Part shown: one piece after another, positions 24,820 through 39,462 of the stretch
Layout: each line of letters opens with the position of its first letter
How positions within the stretch are numbered: position 1 is the stretch's first letter
Assembly (NCBI GenBank): GCA_013239625.1
Contig: MU054187.1
Coordinates: 21,827,280 to 21,891,279 of the forward strand
Direction: 5' to 3'
From: Lama guanicoe
Lineage: Eukaryota
DNA: 64,000 nucleotides
Translations under genes and position numbers: made by a program
The notes under the pieces: generated by a model
Seen by the model: only the letters and a program-made list of their open reading frames with translations
Told to the model about the DNA's origin: nothing
Databases searched by the model: none

Positions 24820-27100
24820 TGAAGATCACATGTTAGTCTCAATAACAACTCTCAACAAACTCAAGAAAGTTAAAATCATATCAAACACCTTTTCCAACCA
24901 CAATGGTGTGAAACTAGAAATCAATAATGAGGGAAAAAAATTGGAAAAACCACAAAAACATGGAGATTAGACAATGTGCTACTAAATAACCAGTGAGTCA
25001 AAGAAATCAGAGAAGAAATAAAAAAAAAAATCTAAAGACAAATGAGGACAGAAATGCAACATACCAAAATCTAAGAGATGCAGCAGAAGTAGTTCTGAGA
25101 GGGAAGTTCCTAGCAATACAGGCTGCCTCAAGTAATAAGCAAAAATTCCATGTAAACACTCTTAACTTTATACCTAAAGTAACTGGAAAAAGGACAAAGC
25201 CCAAAATTAGTAGAAGGGAAAAAATAATAAAATCAGAGAGGAAATAAATAAGAGACTAAAAATACAATAGAAAAATGTTAATAAAACTAAGAGCTGCTTC
25301 TTTGAAAAGGCAAACAAAATCAACATGCATTAGACTAATCAAAAAAAAAAGAGAGAGAAGGTTCAAATAAAGTCAGAAATAAAAGAGAAATTACAACCAA
25401 TACTACAGAAGAGACTACTGCAAGAAAATTATACACCAACAGACTGGACAACCTAGAAGAAATGGTTAAATTTCTAAAAACATATAGTCTTACTAAAATG
25501 TCCATACTACTCAAAGAAGTCTCTATCAAAATGCCAATGGCATAGTTCACAGAACTAGAATAAATAATTCTAAAATTTATATGAAAATCCTAAAGAGTCC
25601 AAATAGCCAAAATAATCTTGAGAAAGAACAAAGCTGGAGGCATCAAGCCCCTTGATTTCAAATTTCAAAACTATAGTAATCAAAACAGTGTGGTACTGGC
25701 CCAAAAGCAGACACGCGGATCAATGGGATAGAATGCAGAGCCCGGGGATAAACCCAACACACGCGGACAGTTAATCTACACAAAGGAGAAATGAACGTGC
25801 AGTGGAGAAAGGACAGCAACTTCAATAAATGGTGCTGGGAAAACTGGACAGCCACTTGCAGAAGAATGAAACCAGACAACTAACTTACACCGTATACAAG
25901 AATTAACTCAAAATGGATTAGAAACGTGAATGTGAGATCTGACACCATGGAATTCCTAAGAGAAAGTGCAAGTTGTAACTTCATCGGTATCAGTCTTAGT
26001 GACATTCTTAGTCAATCTGACTCCAAAGGCAAGGGAAACAAAAGCCAAAATAAACAAATGGGACTTCACCAAACCAAAAGGCTTATGCACAATAAAGGAA
26101 AACTTACTGAACGGGGAATGAAAATGAAACAGCAACCTAGTGAACGGGAAAAGATATTTGCAAAACATCCATTCAATAAGGTGTTAATATCCAAAACATA
26201 TGAAGAACTCATACAATTCACCAACACACACACACACACAAAATGAATAACCTGATTAATAAATGAGCAGAAGACCTGAAAAGGCTTTTTTTTTTCCCAA
26301 AGAAGACATAGAGATGGCCAACAGTTGCATGAAAATATGTCCAACATTCCTATCACGGAAATGAAAATCAAAACCATAATGAGATATCACCTCTGACCAT
26401 TTAGAAGGGCTATAATGAAAAAAAGTCAAGGAATAACAAATGTTGGAGACGATGTGGGAAAAAAGGGAACTCCTGTACACTGTTGGTGGGCCTGTAAATT
26501 GGTGCAGCCACTATGGAAAACAGTATGAAGTTTCTTCCAAAAATTAAGTATAGAACTACCATATGACCTAGTTATTCCACTTCTAAGTATTTATTCAAAG
26601 AACATGAAAAAAATAATTCAAAAAGACACATGTCCCTATATTCACTGCAGTGTTAATTATAATAGCCTAGATATGGAAACAAACTAAGTATCCATTGATG
26701 GATGAATGGATAAAGAAGATGTGGTATATATACAATGAAATACCACTCAGATATATAAAAGGATGAAATTCTGCCATTTGTAACAACACAGGTGGACCGT
26801 GAGGATATTATGGTCAGTGAAATAAATCAGAAAGAGAAAGGCTAATACCACACGATTCCACTGTTAGATGGAATCTAAAGGCAAAATAAGCCAAACCCCA
26901 GAAATAAACAAAATAAAACAAAAACTAAACTCATAGATACAGAGAATGGATTAGTGGTTACCAGAGGGGAAAAGGGTTGGGGGGGTGGGAAAAATGGGTG
27001 ATGAGGGTCAACTGTGTGGTGATAGGTGGTAATTAGAATTGTGATGATCACTCTGTATACAGGTGTTGAACTATAGTGCTGTACAGTGAAACTTACTGAA
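24820..27100 (+). mobile_element. Older L1 with ORF2 fragments, a large internal deletion near 25490, and 3'UTR
   Basis: Endonuclease-end/linker sequence (ccaaccacaatggtgtgaaactagaaatcaat), then a jump to the post-RT region (aaaatgtccatactac), C-terminal region and 3'UTR; many frameshifts. Confidence 0.85.
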
Positions 27101-28059
27101 AACGTTGGCCTGGACACTCAACACTAAAGCTCTTTTTAGAATAAAGCAGAAGGTAGCAGATTTAACACATCCATAATGTAACTCTTATTTCCCAACCCCC
27201 ACAACTCTTCCAGAATTACATCCGTAAGTGGCATTATCAACTCCCCTATTTCTTGAGGAAGAACTCTGGGAGTCTTCTTTGAGTATTTCCTTCCACAAAA
27301 CCTATATATCAAACCATGAGCAAGTTTAATATTTTCTTCTTTTTAAATATATTTTAAATCCATCTACTTTCCCTCAACTTCACAGCACCACCCTCTTTGC
27401 CACCATGCCTCTCTTGCAGAACCACCAGGCCCTGGAGAGGTTGCACTCCTGGAGAAAATGTGGATCATGCAAGAGGTAACTGACCCCTTCAGGAAATGCA
27501 CACGCTCCCTCCTAACAAAATCCCCCAGACTGAGAGCTGGGTCTTAGAGATAGGTGTGGCCTTGCCCTTAGAATGGGTGCCAATGACAGTTCTGAGGCTT
27601 GGGCCACTGAATCTGAACCCATGACTCTCCTGATGAGCCAAGACTCTCAAGGGAACTGAACTGTCCCATGGTCACTGGATACTGACCTCTCTGAAGGAAA
27701 GACTGCCTAGTTGAGAATTTAGGATCCCCACAAATAAGGATTAAATAATGAGCTCACAATCAAAGACCACCAATACTCAAGAAGACAAGCCCTGTGTATC
27801 TCAAACGTCTTTAAAGAGATAATAGAAGAGAAAAAGGTAAAGAGATAACATATAAAGCATTTAGCACAGTGTCTGAAACGCAGTGGGAGCTGACTGCTAG
27901 AAGCTACATTTGGATCCAACTTCATCCTTTCTTCTCTGAATCAGTGCTCTTAGTACTGGTTCTCCAGCTACTGTCATTCTGAAATATGCATTGATCGTAC
28001 GAGTTACCTCTCTCTGAGCAGACAGTCCACAGCTTCATGGATGGGGTTTATGGTAAATG

Positions 28060-28500
28060 ATGCATAGAGGTAATATGCTTTAATGGCTTAAAGCAATGCA
28101 GACTTATTTTCTTAACACTTCTGGTGGTCAGAAGTCTGAAATAATTCTTAGGGGCTAAAATCAAGGTGTTGATAGGGCTGTATGCCTTCTTGAGGCTCTA
28201 GGGAAGATCTGATTCCTTGCCTTTTCTAGCTTCCAGAAACTGCCAGCATCTCTTGGCTCATGGTCCCTTCTCCATCTTTACAGCCAACAGCTTAGCATCT
28301 CTTCTCTTTCTGCTCTTCTGCCTCCCTCTTATAAGGAAACTTGTGATTATACCAGACCCACCTGGATAATTCAGAATACTCTTCCCATCTCAGGATCCAT
28401 CATTTAATTGCTTCTGCAAAGTCCCTGTAAGGTAGCAAATTCACAGGTTCTGAGGATAAGGACGTGGGCATCTTTGGGGGAGCATTATCCAGCCCACTGC
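28060..28500 (-). mobile_element. MaLR (MLT1-like) LTR
   Basis: Motifs ttctggtggtcagaagtctgaaat, aatcaaggtgttgatagggctg, ccttgccttttctagcttccaga, ggataaggacgtgggcatctttggggg. Confidence 0.75.
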
Positions 28501-31500
28501 TGGTCGGGAGCAGACAGCAGCTTCTCAAAGTTTAAGCTGTGACAGAGATCGGTCGGGGAGGGGAGGTATTGAGGAGGAAACTAGCCAGATGGGGAAAAGG
28601 GATGAATTTCAGCCCTGGGCATGATGGGATTGGCATATTTAGGGAAGGAGAGTCAGAGAAATTAGGTTTATCTTGAGCTTAAAATGATCCACAGAATTTG
28701 CTTTCTAAAATGCAGGTCTAATTCTGTGTCTTTGTGTGCAGTGGGGGGTGGTGGGGAGGAAGCAGGAGTGGGGAGGAAGTGATAGTCATAGTTTTATTAC
28801 TACTATAAAGAGTATTGTTCTTGGATATTTTTCAGTCGACTGTGGTTGATAGAGCAGAAAGGAGCTGACTTTTCCACGTTGTTATTTCATCTGGAGAGCT
28901 TGCTGCATTTTCTATGATCCAGTTGGTCATCCATTGATTCCACTGGGTTTTCTAGGTTGATAATATACCCTATTGTATTTTGAAGAAAATATCACTGCTG
29001 AGGTCAGTAATACGTACATGAGGGGGAGTGGTTAAGAAGAGTTGAAAATGTGTGTTTTGGCAAAATGATTCCCAATAAAGTCATTTACATGCACTGTTCA
29101 CCTTTCATTCCCTAGTGGCACAACAGCACAAAGGTGAGTCAGATTGATTCTGAAGTGAGTTTTATTTTATAAGAGCTGTTAAGTTTACACGGTTTTGCTG
29201 AGTCATCATGGCTGGTGTTTTGTGGCATGTCCTTCCACTCACAGTTTAAGGGAAAAGGACAGTGAACATTTTCCTTTCCCAACACTTTTTCTTCAGGGAG
29301 CCCCTTGTTGCTTTTACTACTAACAAGAGAAACTCCCAATTTCTGAACAGTTCATTTAAAAATGAACCTTTATGCATATCTTTCTAGCTCCACACACAGG
29401 GACACAGCACAATAAATATTTCTGTTCCTGCAGGTGGTAAGTGTTGTCAAGTGTTTAAGAAATGTAGATTTACACGCTTGCTTGCAAGGCATATCTGTGA
29501 AAATGTTACTCCTTTAACTAAACACTCAACTATTCAGTCTTTCCGCTAAAGGGTTAGCCCTCACGGAATGACTTGCTCCACGCTCGGAGCTCCTCCTGCC
29601 TACAACATGTCAGTTAATGATGCCATCGTCACCCAGGGGGCAGGGTCTAAGCCCACAGACCTGGAGTCCTCTCTTTCTTTCTCCTTTTCCTTAGACTTCC
29701 ACAGGTGAATGCTTATCAATTTTATCTCCCCAACACCTCTGGCATTCCTTCCTTCCTTTTCCTTTTCACTGCCATTGCCTCTTCCTTGATGACATCCAGT
29801 TGTATCCCGCCTGAGCCTCTGTCTCCTCCAATCCAGCTCAAGTCTGCCTGTGAGAATAACAGCCCTGACGCCCTGTTCCAATAAGCTCACTCCTGGTCCG
29901 TTAACTTTCAACAGCTTCCCCATGCTTTGCCTAACACGGTGAACAACACAGCCTGGCCTTCAAGGGCTGCAAATCTATTTCTCTAGTCTTATATCTTGCT
30001 AGTTCCCTTTATATTGCTTACGTCTCAGTAAAACAGGACTACGTTATCCGCAGATTGATTCCATGTCTCTCTCCACCTTCAGGCTTGGCCACGTGCTGCT
30101 CTTTTGTGTGAAACACCTAACTTCTCATCCCAAACATGCATGTCCACTTGTGCAAATCCAACCTATTACTCAAAGTGTGTCTTAGCTCATAAGTATTTCC
30201 CTAATGAAGCCTTTGATGAAATTCATACTCTCCCAAGTTGGAAAAGGTCTCTGTGCAGCCACAGAACTTGTTTTGTTTCTTTCTTATATAAGACGCTTCT
30301 CATATTCAAACCTTTGCTACATTTATGTGTATTCTTGTCTCTCCACTGCATGATAAGGGTCTAGGACTCTCCCACTATCCTTAGCAGATACTCAGTTAAT
30401 ATCTGTCAAATGTTGGGATGGATAAAAAAGTGAGTTGAGCTTGTTAACTCATTTCCATGGGACAATTGTGATGCTGTTAATTAGAATTTGAGCCCACCTG
30501 GAGCTGGAATGACAGCATTTTCAATCAAGTAAGGCTGCTGCAGTACACACCAGGCTATGAATTGTCTCTTCTCAGGAAAATGGACCAGACTCTTAGCACA
30601 CTGTTTTCAGGAAAGAGATACCGTCTCTTAAGACTTGGTCTAATCCTAGTACCAGAAACCTAAAACCTGAAGAATAAATATGTTTCAATTTTTAATATGT
30701 CATAAACTGTGGCAGAGGTGAAAGGATTGAATCAGCCTAAGCACTGGCCACACTGCAGGGCCATCCTAAGAGCATGTGACAAGAGAGCAGCTAGAGAAGG
30801 CTGGGGAGGGGTGGGTTCTCAGCTTCTGGTCATGGTACTGCCAGCAACAGCTGCCATCTGGCTCAGAAGGCAGCCCTCTGCCCTCCCTCTATGGCCAAGA
30901 GATGGATGAGAAAAGTTCCAACAGCTAAGAGATCCAAGATGAGACGGGGAGGCAGGTGGACAGATGGGGCGGGGGTTCCAGGAGGACTCTGGTCTTGGAG
31001 ATGCCGCTGAGCCACACAAAATGGGATGATTCAGGGGATGGTCTTCAGTCTGTAAAACGGCAGTGATCTCTGAACTAAGTCATCATATCCGCTCGAGAGA
31101 CTATGTTGCATCAGTTATGGAAAAAGATAACTTCTATATTCCAGAAACACAGGATTACCCGGGGTGTAAACTTACAGGCGCTTCATTTTGGAGCAACATG
31201 AGAAAATTACAGGCACATAAATCTAGAAGTAGATTGCTTCGGCTTCACCATAATGGATGATGAAAGGTGAGATTAAATGATTCTGAAACTTTACCTGACC
31301 TGATAAACCTCTATGACTTAAGAAAGCGAACCCTGCTTGGCTGGACAAAGCCTCTCTAATATTATTATGGTAAAAGGAATTTCTCACATTGCAGGCTGAG
31401 GAAACCAAATATGGTCTTCATGCCATGGTGTCCTGCACCCATCTGTACGCAAGATGCTAGTTTAAGACTAGCATTTGGAAGAATTGGTGAATCACCTAAT

Positions 31501-31529
31501 AGACTTTCCATGAATTTTAAATTCTCAAA

Positions 31530-31668
31530 TTCTAATATCTTCTAATAACCTTTAATGAAAAAGAATACAAAAACAAATATATGTATATATATGCATGACT
31601 GGGACACTGTGCTGTATACTAGAAATTGACATGTTGTAACTGACGACTACACTTCAATTAAAAAATAC
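31530..31668 (+). mobile_element. Short L1 3'-end fragment
   Basis: Same 3'UTR motif as 846-1013 and 57580-57735, in sense orientation; flanked by TCAAATTCTAA repeats. Confidence 0.7.
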
Positions 31669-32547
31669 ATTTTCAAATTCTAAAAAAATTTATAAAGGGT
31701 TGATACACTTTTAATATTAAACATATTTTTCTCCCCTTCACTTTCAATGTAGCCTGGACTTGTTAATTTAACTTTAATATCTAATGCTTTGAAATATTTC
31801 TTTTTTTTTCAACCTCATCACTTTATTCCAATCTTCAAAATAGTCTTTATTCTACATTTTTAGTATAAACAAATCCACAAGTTAGGTGCACCACAGTGCA
31901 GAGAGAGACATACAACACTGAATTTCTGTAACAGTCAGTGGTACAGTCAAACACCACAAGTATGGAACACAAAATTTGGATAAACTGAAATTATAAGAGA
32001 AAATGAAATCCAATTTTAGAAAACAAAAATCAAAGCATTCAGGATCCCTGAAACATAACTTGATCGTTATAAAGTTCCTGGCGAACAGCTGTGGCCATAG
32101 TCTCTGAGCACACAGAGGAAGAAGATGCAACAAACTGGGAAAGCTGACAATCTGATTGCAAATCCACGACCCCCTCTCCTTGCCAATGCCTTGCTGGCAA
32201 GATTCAACCAGTTGAATCAGCAAGGCCTGTGGGTCTCCAAAGTACGAAGTCGTAAGAACACGGGGTGGGGCCTACAGAACGGAGGGGAAGCCTGGGAACA
32301 GGCTTGATGTTCTAGCCTAGGGTGGGAAACTCAGAACCTCCCTGATCTGGGGACAACCAATGAAGCCAGTGGATTCCCCCTTGGCCTTCGGAGAAAACTT
32401 GCTCTGCCAGTTTCCAGCGTGCAGCCTTCTTTCTGCAGGTCAACTTTAGCAACTGTGGGGATCTTAGAACTGCAATGTGGCACAGAAGTGGCTAATCCAC
32501 ACAGTGCAGGAGGGGAGAAGCCCACTGTGCCCTTTGTCATCTGGAAC

Positions 32548-33147
32548 NNNNNNNNNNNNNNNNNNNNNNNNNNNNNNNNNNNNNNNNNNNNNNNNNNNNN
32601 NNNNNNNNNNNNNNNNNNNNNNNNNNNNNNNNNNNNNNNNNNNNNNNNNNNNNNNNNNNNNNNNNNNNNNNNNNNNNNNNNNNNNNNNNNNNNNNNNNNN
32701 NNNNNNNNNNNNNNNNNNNNNNNNNNNNNNNNNNNNNNNNNNNNNNNNNNNNNNNNNNNNNNNNNNNNNNNNNNNNNNNNNNNNNNNNNNNNNNNNNNNN
32801 NNNNNNNNNNNNNNNNNNNNNNNNNNNNNNNNNNNNNNNNNNNNNNNNNNNNNNNNNNNNNNNNNNNNNNNNNNNNNNNNNNNNNNNNNNNNNNNNNNNN
32901 NNNNNNNNNNNNNNNNNNNNNNNNNNNNNNNNNNNNNNNNNNNNNNNNNNNNNNNNNNNNNNNNNNNNNNNNNNNNNNNNNNNNNNNNNNNNNNNNNNNN
33001 NNNNNNNNNNNNNNNNNNNNNNNNNNNNNNNNNNNNNNNNNNNNNNNNNNNNNNNNNNNNNNNNNNNNNNNNNNNNNNNNNNNNNNNNNNNNNNNNNNNN
33101 NNNNNNNNNNNNNNNNNNNNNNNNNNNNNNNNNNNNNNNNNNNNNNN
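32548..33147. other. Assembly gap (600 N)
   Basis: Run of N; the ORFs 32419..33165 and 32477..33172 are artefacts of it. Confidence 1.
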
Positions 33148-34062
33148 TTCCTTTTATTTTTTTAAGAACTGACCCTCTGTCTTTCTTAAATTTTAACTTT
33201 TTTTTTTAAAGAAACATGTTAAAAAAAACACTCCAGGTAGAATTTTGTAATATTTAGGGGGAGCAGTGTCCTGTTCCTAAGATGGCCCAATAGCTGTGCA
33301 TCAAAGCCAAGAGGCTCCAGGTTTGTCACCATCATGTCAATCTTACAACTTTCCCAATGAAGTCCTCCCTCCCAGAAACTAAATCAGATTTTCTTCTTGG
33401 GCCAGGACTGAGCCTCTGGACAGAGCTTCAAGGGGAAGGTTTTGGGGTCATGGGTTTTCTCCAGGAAGGCTCTGAAAACGCTTCCCGTGAAGATGGAGTT
33501 TGAAGGCTGCAGCTCAGTGGCAGAGCAGGACAGCTAAGAACATCCTCAAGCAAGTAGCCACTTCTCTCCTCCCACAAGCTTGTACCCTGATCTCTGTGCT
33601 CTTCTGAGGTTCTCCCCTGCTCCAGTTAAACTGTACATTGTAACTGCACTGCTGTCTCAGACACCACTTTAAAATAGCACGTTCACTTAGTGAAAGCTCT
33701 TACTCATAACTCGAGGGAAACCAGAGGTCAAGACTGCTGTTGGTTGACATATCTGTGAAATGGCTTTGCCTCCTTCCTCCTAATTCACATCCATTTCATC
33801 TTTCATGGTATTCTTTCCTTCCCAAGTTCACGGCTTCCTGCTGCGACCTGTCTGCCCCACTTTGGATGTCGGATTGCCTAGGACACATCTCTCTGGCTTC
33901 CAACCCCGTATCCCAATTTTTCTAGCCTTAGCTGGTCAGTCATCTTGAAACGAATTCTCATCAGTGTGTTAATGGCAGAAAATAGTTTAATATGTTGATT
34001 TCTTTCAGTCACACTTGTACTTTATATGGTGATTTTAAACCCAAATAAAGGAATACATTTTC

Positions 34063-34235
34063 TTTTTTTTTTTTTTTGAATTAAAACTTTTTTTTTCTGG
34101 CAGTGGGGAGGTAATTAGATTTTTTCATTTATTCATTTATTCATTTATTCATTTTTAGAGGAGGTACTGGGGATTGAACCCAGGATCTTGTGCATGCTAA
34201 GCATATAGTCTACCACTGAGCTGTATCCTCTCCCC
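34063..34235 (-). mobile_element. Camelid tRNA-derived SINE (Vic-type)
   Basis: Antisense head and tail; perfect TSD AGGAATACATTTTC at 34049-34062 and 34236-34249. Confidence 0.9.
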
Positions 34236-35743
34236 AGGAATACATTTTCAGGGAACAGCACAGGCTAGAGAAGGAGGCATTTTTGGTCAGAGCAGCTTCT
34301 CAGTGTCCCTCACATCATCACAGGTACTCCGACTTGAAAAGCTGTAAGAGTTGTACTTGACAGGAAACAAATGAACAATGTTCTTTTTAAAAAGTATCCT
34401 CTCATCCTCTACCTGAAGAGAAAATGAAAGGGCACCCTGACACTGTGATGGATTGATCTCCACGTCCTCGGTCCATCCCCCAGCCCGTTACTCCTGTTAG
34501 TCTATTTCTTATTGATTGGACGTTACGTTTACTTGTGTGATCCCTGCATGCTCCTCTGGATAGTCCCCGGCTATTATGACTTTCCTACCATCTTTAGCAT
34601 CAGTCTACAGACCCTGGATCAATCCTGTGTGTAGCCAGAGGGAGTTCAAAGGAGATTTAAATTATCCTTCCAGTTTCAATGACCCTTAGAGCTGATTCTG
34701 TGGCTTAGTGCTAGGATCTAGGGTTCTACCTTGCCTAAGACCTGAACTATATCACAGTTTGTATAAAGATTACTATTTCTTTTCCTAAATTTAAGACTCT
34801 GGCTTGATAAGGGGTCAGGTGCCCAGGCCTTCTAGGTTTTTCATTCTTAATCCATTTTGTGGTCATGAGCTCCTTTGAGATTCTGATAGAAGTTGTATCT
34901 GTGTCTCTCAGAAACGAAGATGGTCTCAGACACATACCTCCTCCCCAGTTTCAGATATAGTTTCAGGGTTTGTATGAGCCTTAAGACCCACCTAGAAATG
35001 GGATCCCCAAAACGTGTTGGCTTTAATGTCACAGATAGTACACCCAAGCTGAAGTCAGCCCCGCTGAGGCAGCATCCTGAAACACTTGCTGCTGATCCCA
35101 TCTTGTCCTTTGGGGCACCAAAGTCATTTCAGCAATAGTCAGCTGGGGTCCACCCAGTACAAATATTTGTCTAAAGCAATACCCAGAGGAGTTCTTTAAC
35201 TTACAACTTTATAATAAATATAAAATCATTTGCCGAGCATGAGTGAGCATTGGAGGAGGAGTACACTAAAAGACTTTACTAGGTTGATAAGAATTTAATT
35301 GCCCACAGTGAATTACAGAGCAGCAAAAGTCTAATATGTACTTTTAATTCTTCTGCACTGAGGAACTTTTGAACTCCTATATTCACAGTGGCTGAAAAAA
35401 TTATGACCTGTGTTCTACAGACTATTTTAAGCTCAACCATCAAACATTTATAAAACACTGACTATGTGTCAGGCCCCAAGCTAGGTTTTCTAGAGAAAAC
35501 ACATGCTTGAGGAGCTCAAAATAGAGAAAGATGCATACATAAATAATGGCAAAGGTACGGCTACTTCCTAAGTGTAGGCACTGTGGTAAGGGTTTCACGT
35601 GTATTATTTCACCAAATCTGCAAAACGATTCCAGAGCCAGGCTTATTACTATCCTCATTTTACAAATGAGGAAACAAACAGCACAGGGAAATTGAGTAAA
35701 TGGACCAAACATCATGGTGGAGCTGAAGGTCAGAACTGAGTCT

Positions 35744-37545
35744 AAGGCAGATCCAGGTTCGGGGGAGCTCCTCTGAAAAATAGGATACCACGCATACCCA
35801 TTCGTTGTCTATTATCAAAAGCAAAGCAAAATGAAACTTAAAAAACCCCAGAAAATGATAATATTAGTGATGATGAGGAGAAATTGGACTCTCTTGTTCA
35901 CTGCTTGTGAGAATATAAAATGTGCAGCCATTGTCGAAAATGGTATGGTAGTGCCTAAAATATTAAATGCAGAACTACTATATGATCCAGTAATTCCACT
36001 TCTGGGAATATATACCTAAAAGAATTGAAAGCAGAGACTTGAACAGATGCTTGTGACACCCATGTCCAAAGCAGCAATATTCACAATAACCAGAAGGTGG
36101 AAAAAACCCAGGTGTCCATTGATAGATGAATGGATAAACAAAATGTGGTATCTACATCCAATGGATTATTATTCAGCCTCCATAAAGGATGCTACAACAT
36201 AGGTGAACCTTGAAGACTATGCTAAATGGGAAAAGCCAGATACAAAAGGACAGAGGAACGATACAAATATGATTCCACTTATACGAGGTACCAAATTCAC
36301 AGAGACAGAAAGTACAATTGTGGTACCAGGGGCTGAGGGAGGAGCGACTGGGGACTTACTATTTAATGGGTATGGAGATTCGGTTTGAGAAGACAAAAAA
36401 GGTCTGGAGTTGGAGACAGTGGTGACAGTTGTACAGCAATGGGAAAATACTTAATGCCAGAGAACAGTACATCTGAAATGGTTAAAATGGTAAATTTAAT
36501 TTTACCATAAAAAAGAACACAGAATTAATAATAAAAATTCATTACTAAGATATTATTAATGTAATATCTACTTAGGACAAAAGAATCATAACAAATTAAA
36601 CATTAAAAAAATTTGACAACTATCAAAAATATCATCAAATCCAGAAAAATGATACAAAGTTTTATATTAACAAACTGCCTAATACAACTCTGTAATACCT
36701 TTTCCTTATGCTTTGGTTTCGTAATCTTCAATTATTTATTCATATGATAAAAAAATTTACATCATGTTCAATAGAGAGAATGGAAAGATCTTCCAGCCTT
36801 CTAGCATGGTTGATTAAAATTTGTTTTCTTTTTGTTATTGAGAATGGGATGCATAAAACTTCACACACATTTGAAGTACTGCTTCATGTTTGTGCCTTAC
36901 AAACACAGGATTCTCATAAATTTAATTTTGCATTTTTCCTTCAAAAACATGATATGGTTTTAATTTTATATAAGGCACTATCAGTTGTATTCCTGAGGAA
37001 GGAATTTCTATCTTGACTAGGATGGGCAGTAACTTCTCTGTCTACAGTTTTGCACATTTGGTGATTGAAAAATTTTTTTCTTGACAGTTTGCTTGGTCTC
37101 TGCATTTCTCAATCTCTTTCCTTTCAACAACTTACCAATTTCCAGAGCTGGGAGCCATTAGAACACTTTTGCACTTTGCTAAGAGTCTGGGTTCTGCATA
37201 TTTGTTTTGGCAGAGTTGGGGCTACCCATAACTGCTACCCATAAATTATCAGTATACAGAAATGACTGTGAACCACATAAGTAATTCCCATTAAACCCAA
37301 ACTAAAATCCACCAGCCCCTCACCTGGATCACAAAATGCCTGCAGCCTCCTAACACCATCTGACACAGGAAATCTGATGACGGTGAGACGTTAAATTGTG
37401 GTTAAGTATGTTTTGTAAATTTTGTATAAACCTGTGATTACATGAAGGCACTTCTAGGGCCTTTCCAGGATTTTGGAAGTGGGTTCAAGCAAGTGGCATG
37501 TCCTGAAGCTTAAACGTCATAGTTTCACAGAAATGCCACCTCTAC
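35744..37545 (+). mobile_element. Probable old hAT-type DNA transposon (MER113-like) interrupted by the L1 at 35785-36512
   Basis: Ends aaggcagatccagg (35744) and gtttcacagaaatgccacctct (~37543) resemble my recollection of this family's termini; AT-rich interior. Family name unverified. Confidence 0.45.
35785..36512 (+). mobile_element. Old L1 (L1MB-like) 3' fragment
   Basis: ORF2-end and 3'UTR motifs (tatgatccagtaattccacttctgggaatata; gatgaatggataaacaaaatgtgg; ggttaaaatggtaaatt). Confidence 0.8.
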
Positions 37546-39393
37546 CTAAGTCTCAATATTTTCCTTCTCAAACACATACTATTCCACCTCGGATAGTTAT
37601 AAAGTATTGAGGCAAGGGATACAAGAGAAACCTAACTAGAGATTAAAGACGCACCAACAAAGGACGTATAAACCAGCCTGGACTAAGGAAGGTTTCCGAG
37701 TGAAGAACCAGCACCTACCTTGTGCTGGCCTGTCTTAAGATAGCACTGTTGCGTATTAAGCCTCTTGTCTTCACTTTCAGAAAATTAACACTAAGTGCAT
37801 CTAATTCCACATCCTGCCTACCTGCCTTATCCTGCCCATTGGTGCCAGAAAAGATCTGTTTTCTTTTCTTTTTTTTTTTTAAAGAATTATGATTGGAACA
37901 CTTGTTTACAACAAATGAAGAGATTAAAACAAAAGTTGCCATGACAGAACCAAAGAACAAAAAAGATAAAAACTTCCCAAGGAAAGAGCTCCATGCTGCA
38001 AATGAATTTATGTAACTTCAAGAGGAATAAGACACACGGCACTGAGGGGTTGTTCAGACAAGATGGGACAGCAGCCAGGAACCCCGAGGTGGAGTGGAGA
38101 CTGGGGCACAGGGACTGCATCCTGGTAACTGCGAGCCCAAATTGCAGAAATGGAATGGTGGGCGTGGTTGAGCTATAGATACAAATCCAAACAATATTCT
38201 AAAATGCGTATCAAATAGATAGTATTAATAAGGTAAGGAGTAGCCAATAAAACGGCAATAGGATTGTCCATAATGAACCAGATATGGAAAGTATAAAAAC
38301 CATACAGACTCCAATCCTGCAATGAAGAGATAAGTTAAATTTAGTCAAGTGGTGAAGAATATTAGCCTATAGAGGAAGTGTCAACTAAAGATCAGACAAT
38401 TAAAAGTTGTAAGAGAGATTAAAGTTAAATATTGGGGAAAGACACACATAATGTACCAGGTTGCACAAAATGGTGTGAGCTTGAAAAATTCCATTGCCTC
38501 AAGGAGACAGTGCACGTGGTGACCTCATGAGAAGTCCCCCTGGCCTTTTTTAGTATCTAACTAGGTCCCTGCTCCTCTCTCAAATTCTCTAACTGACACT
38601 TCAACCTTGATCCTGATCTTCTGGTACAGTAATCTCGGCCCAACGAGATCACTTGCCTCTTCTTTTTATGTCAGTAAGTGACTTTGCAAAACCGGGAATA
38701 CAGGAATGTTGAAATTAATCAAACCTGCAGTATTAACACGTTCGTACTGTTGGGGAATTATTGAATTATTAGAATAATCTATGAAATACTATTTTTAAGG
38801 TGTTTGAAACACCTACTAGAACTTGACATTTTAGAATATTACACGTATGGACCATTTGATTCCAAAGGTATAAGAGAACTTTAAGTTTGTACAGTGTTTA
38901 AGTATTTAAGAGGCCATAATTTACTAATGCATGCATTTGATTTACTACTTTTACTGGTTACTTTAGTTATTAGAAAATCCTCCTGGTCCCATCCCACTCC
39001 TTTAACTTGTCAGGCGTGTCAGAGACTGACATCTCAGGCATTTGAGAGACTCAGATAGACTAAATTTATAATTGATATCTTTTAAAATATTTAAAGCAAC
39101 TTAATGACCCATGCCTATCCATTCCTTTAATTATCTAGGGAAACTAACATTAGATTGAATGTTCATCAAGGATTGTGTATAAGTAATCATTTGTATTTTC
39201 CACCTAAATTTCCAGATTTATAAAGATTTGTTTGTTAAATATCAATGCTTTAGAAAAATGAATTTTTAAACCTGGCACCTTTAATACATTCAATGGTAAT
39301 GAAAACCTATGCAGAAGTATGATTTATAAGATTTAAAGGTTCCTTTGGTGGCGGGACACAACACACTGAAAGAAAGAACTTTTGGTTACTTAC

Positions 39394-39462
39394 AGCTCCA
39401 AACAAGAGAAGGTTGCCAGGCAGGGCCACGCAGCAGGTTGCACCTGGGGACAGGGTGGCAGC
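39394..39462 (-). other. CA1: Distal (erythroid-type) non-coding first exon of CA1; 5' end approximate
   Basis: Minus strand ...CAGGTGCAACCTGCTGCGTGGCCCTGCCTGGCAACCTTCTCTTGTTTGGAGCT then a perfect GTAAGT donor (39393-39388). Resembles the recalled human erythroid CA1 leader and lies ~33.8 kb from the ATG exon, comparable to the very long first intron of human CA1. Confidence 0.8.

Noticed and set aside
32419..33172. Two long ORFs of 248 and 231 aa
   Set aside because: They consist of X residues from the 600-N gap.
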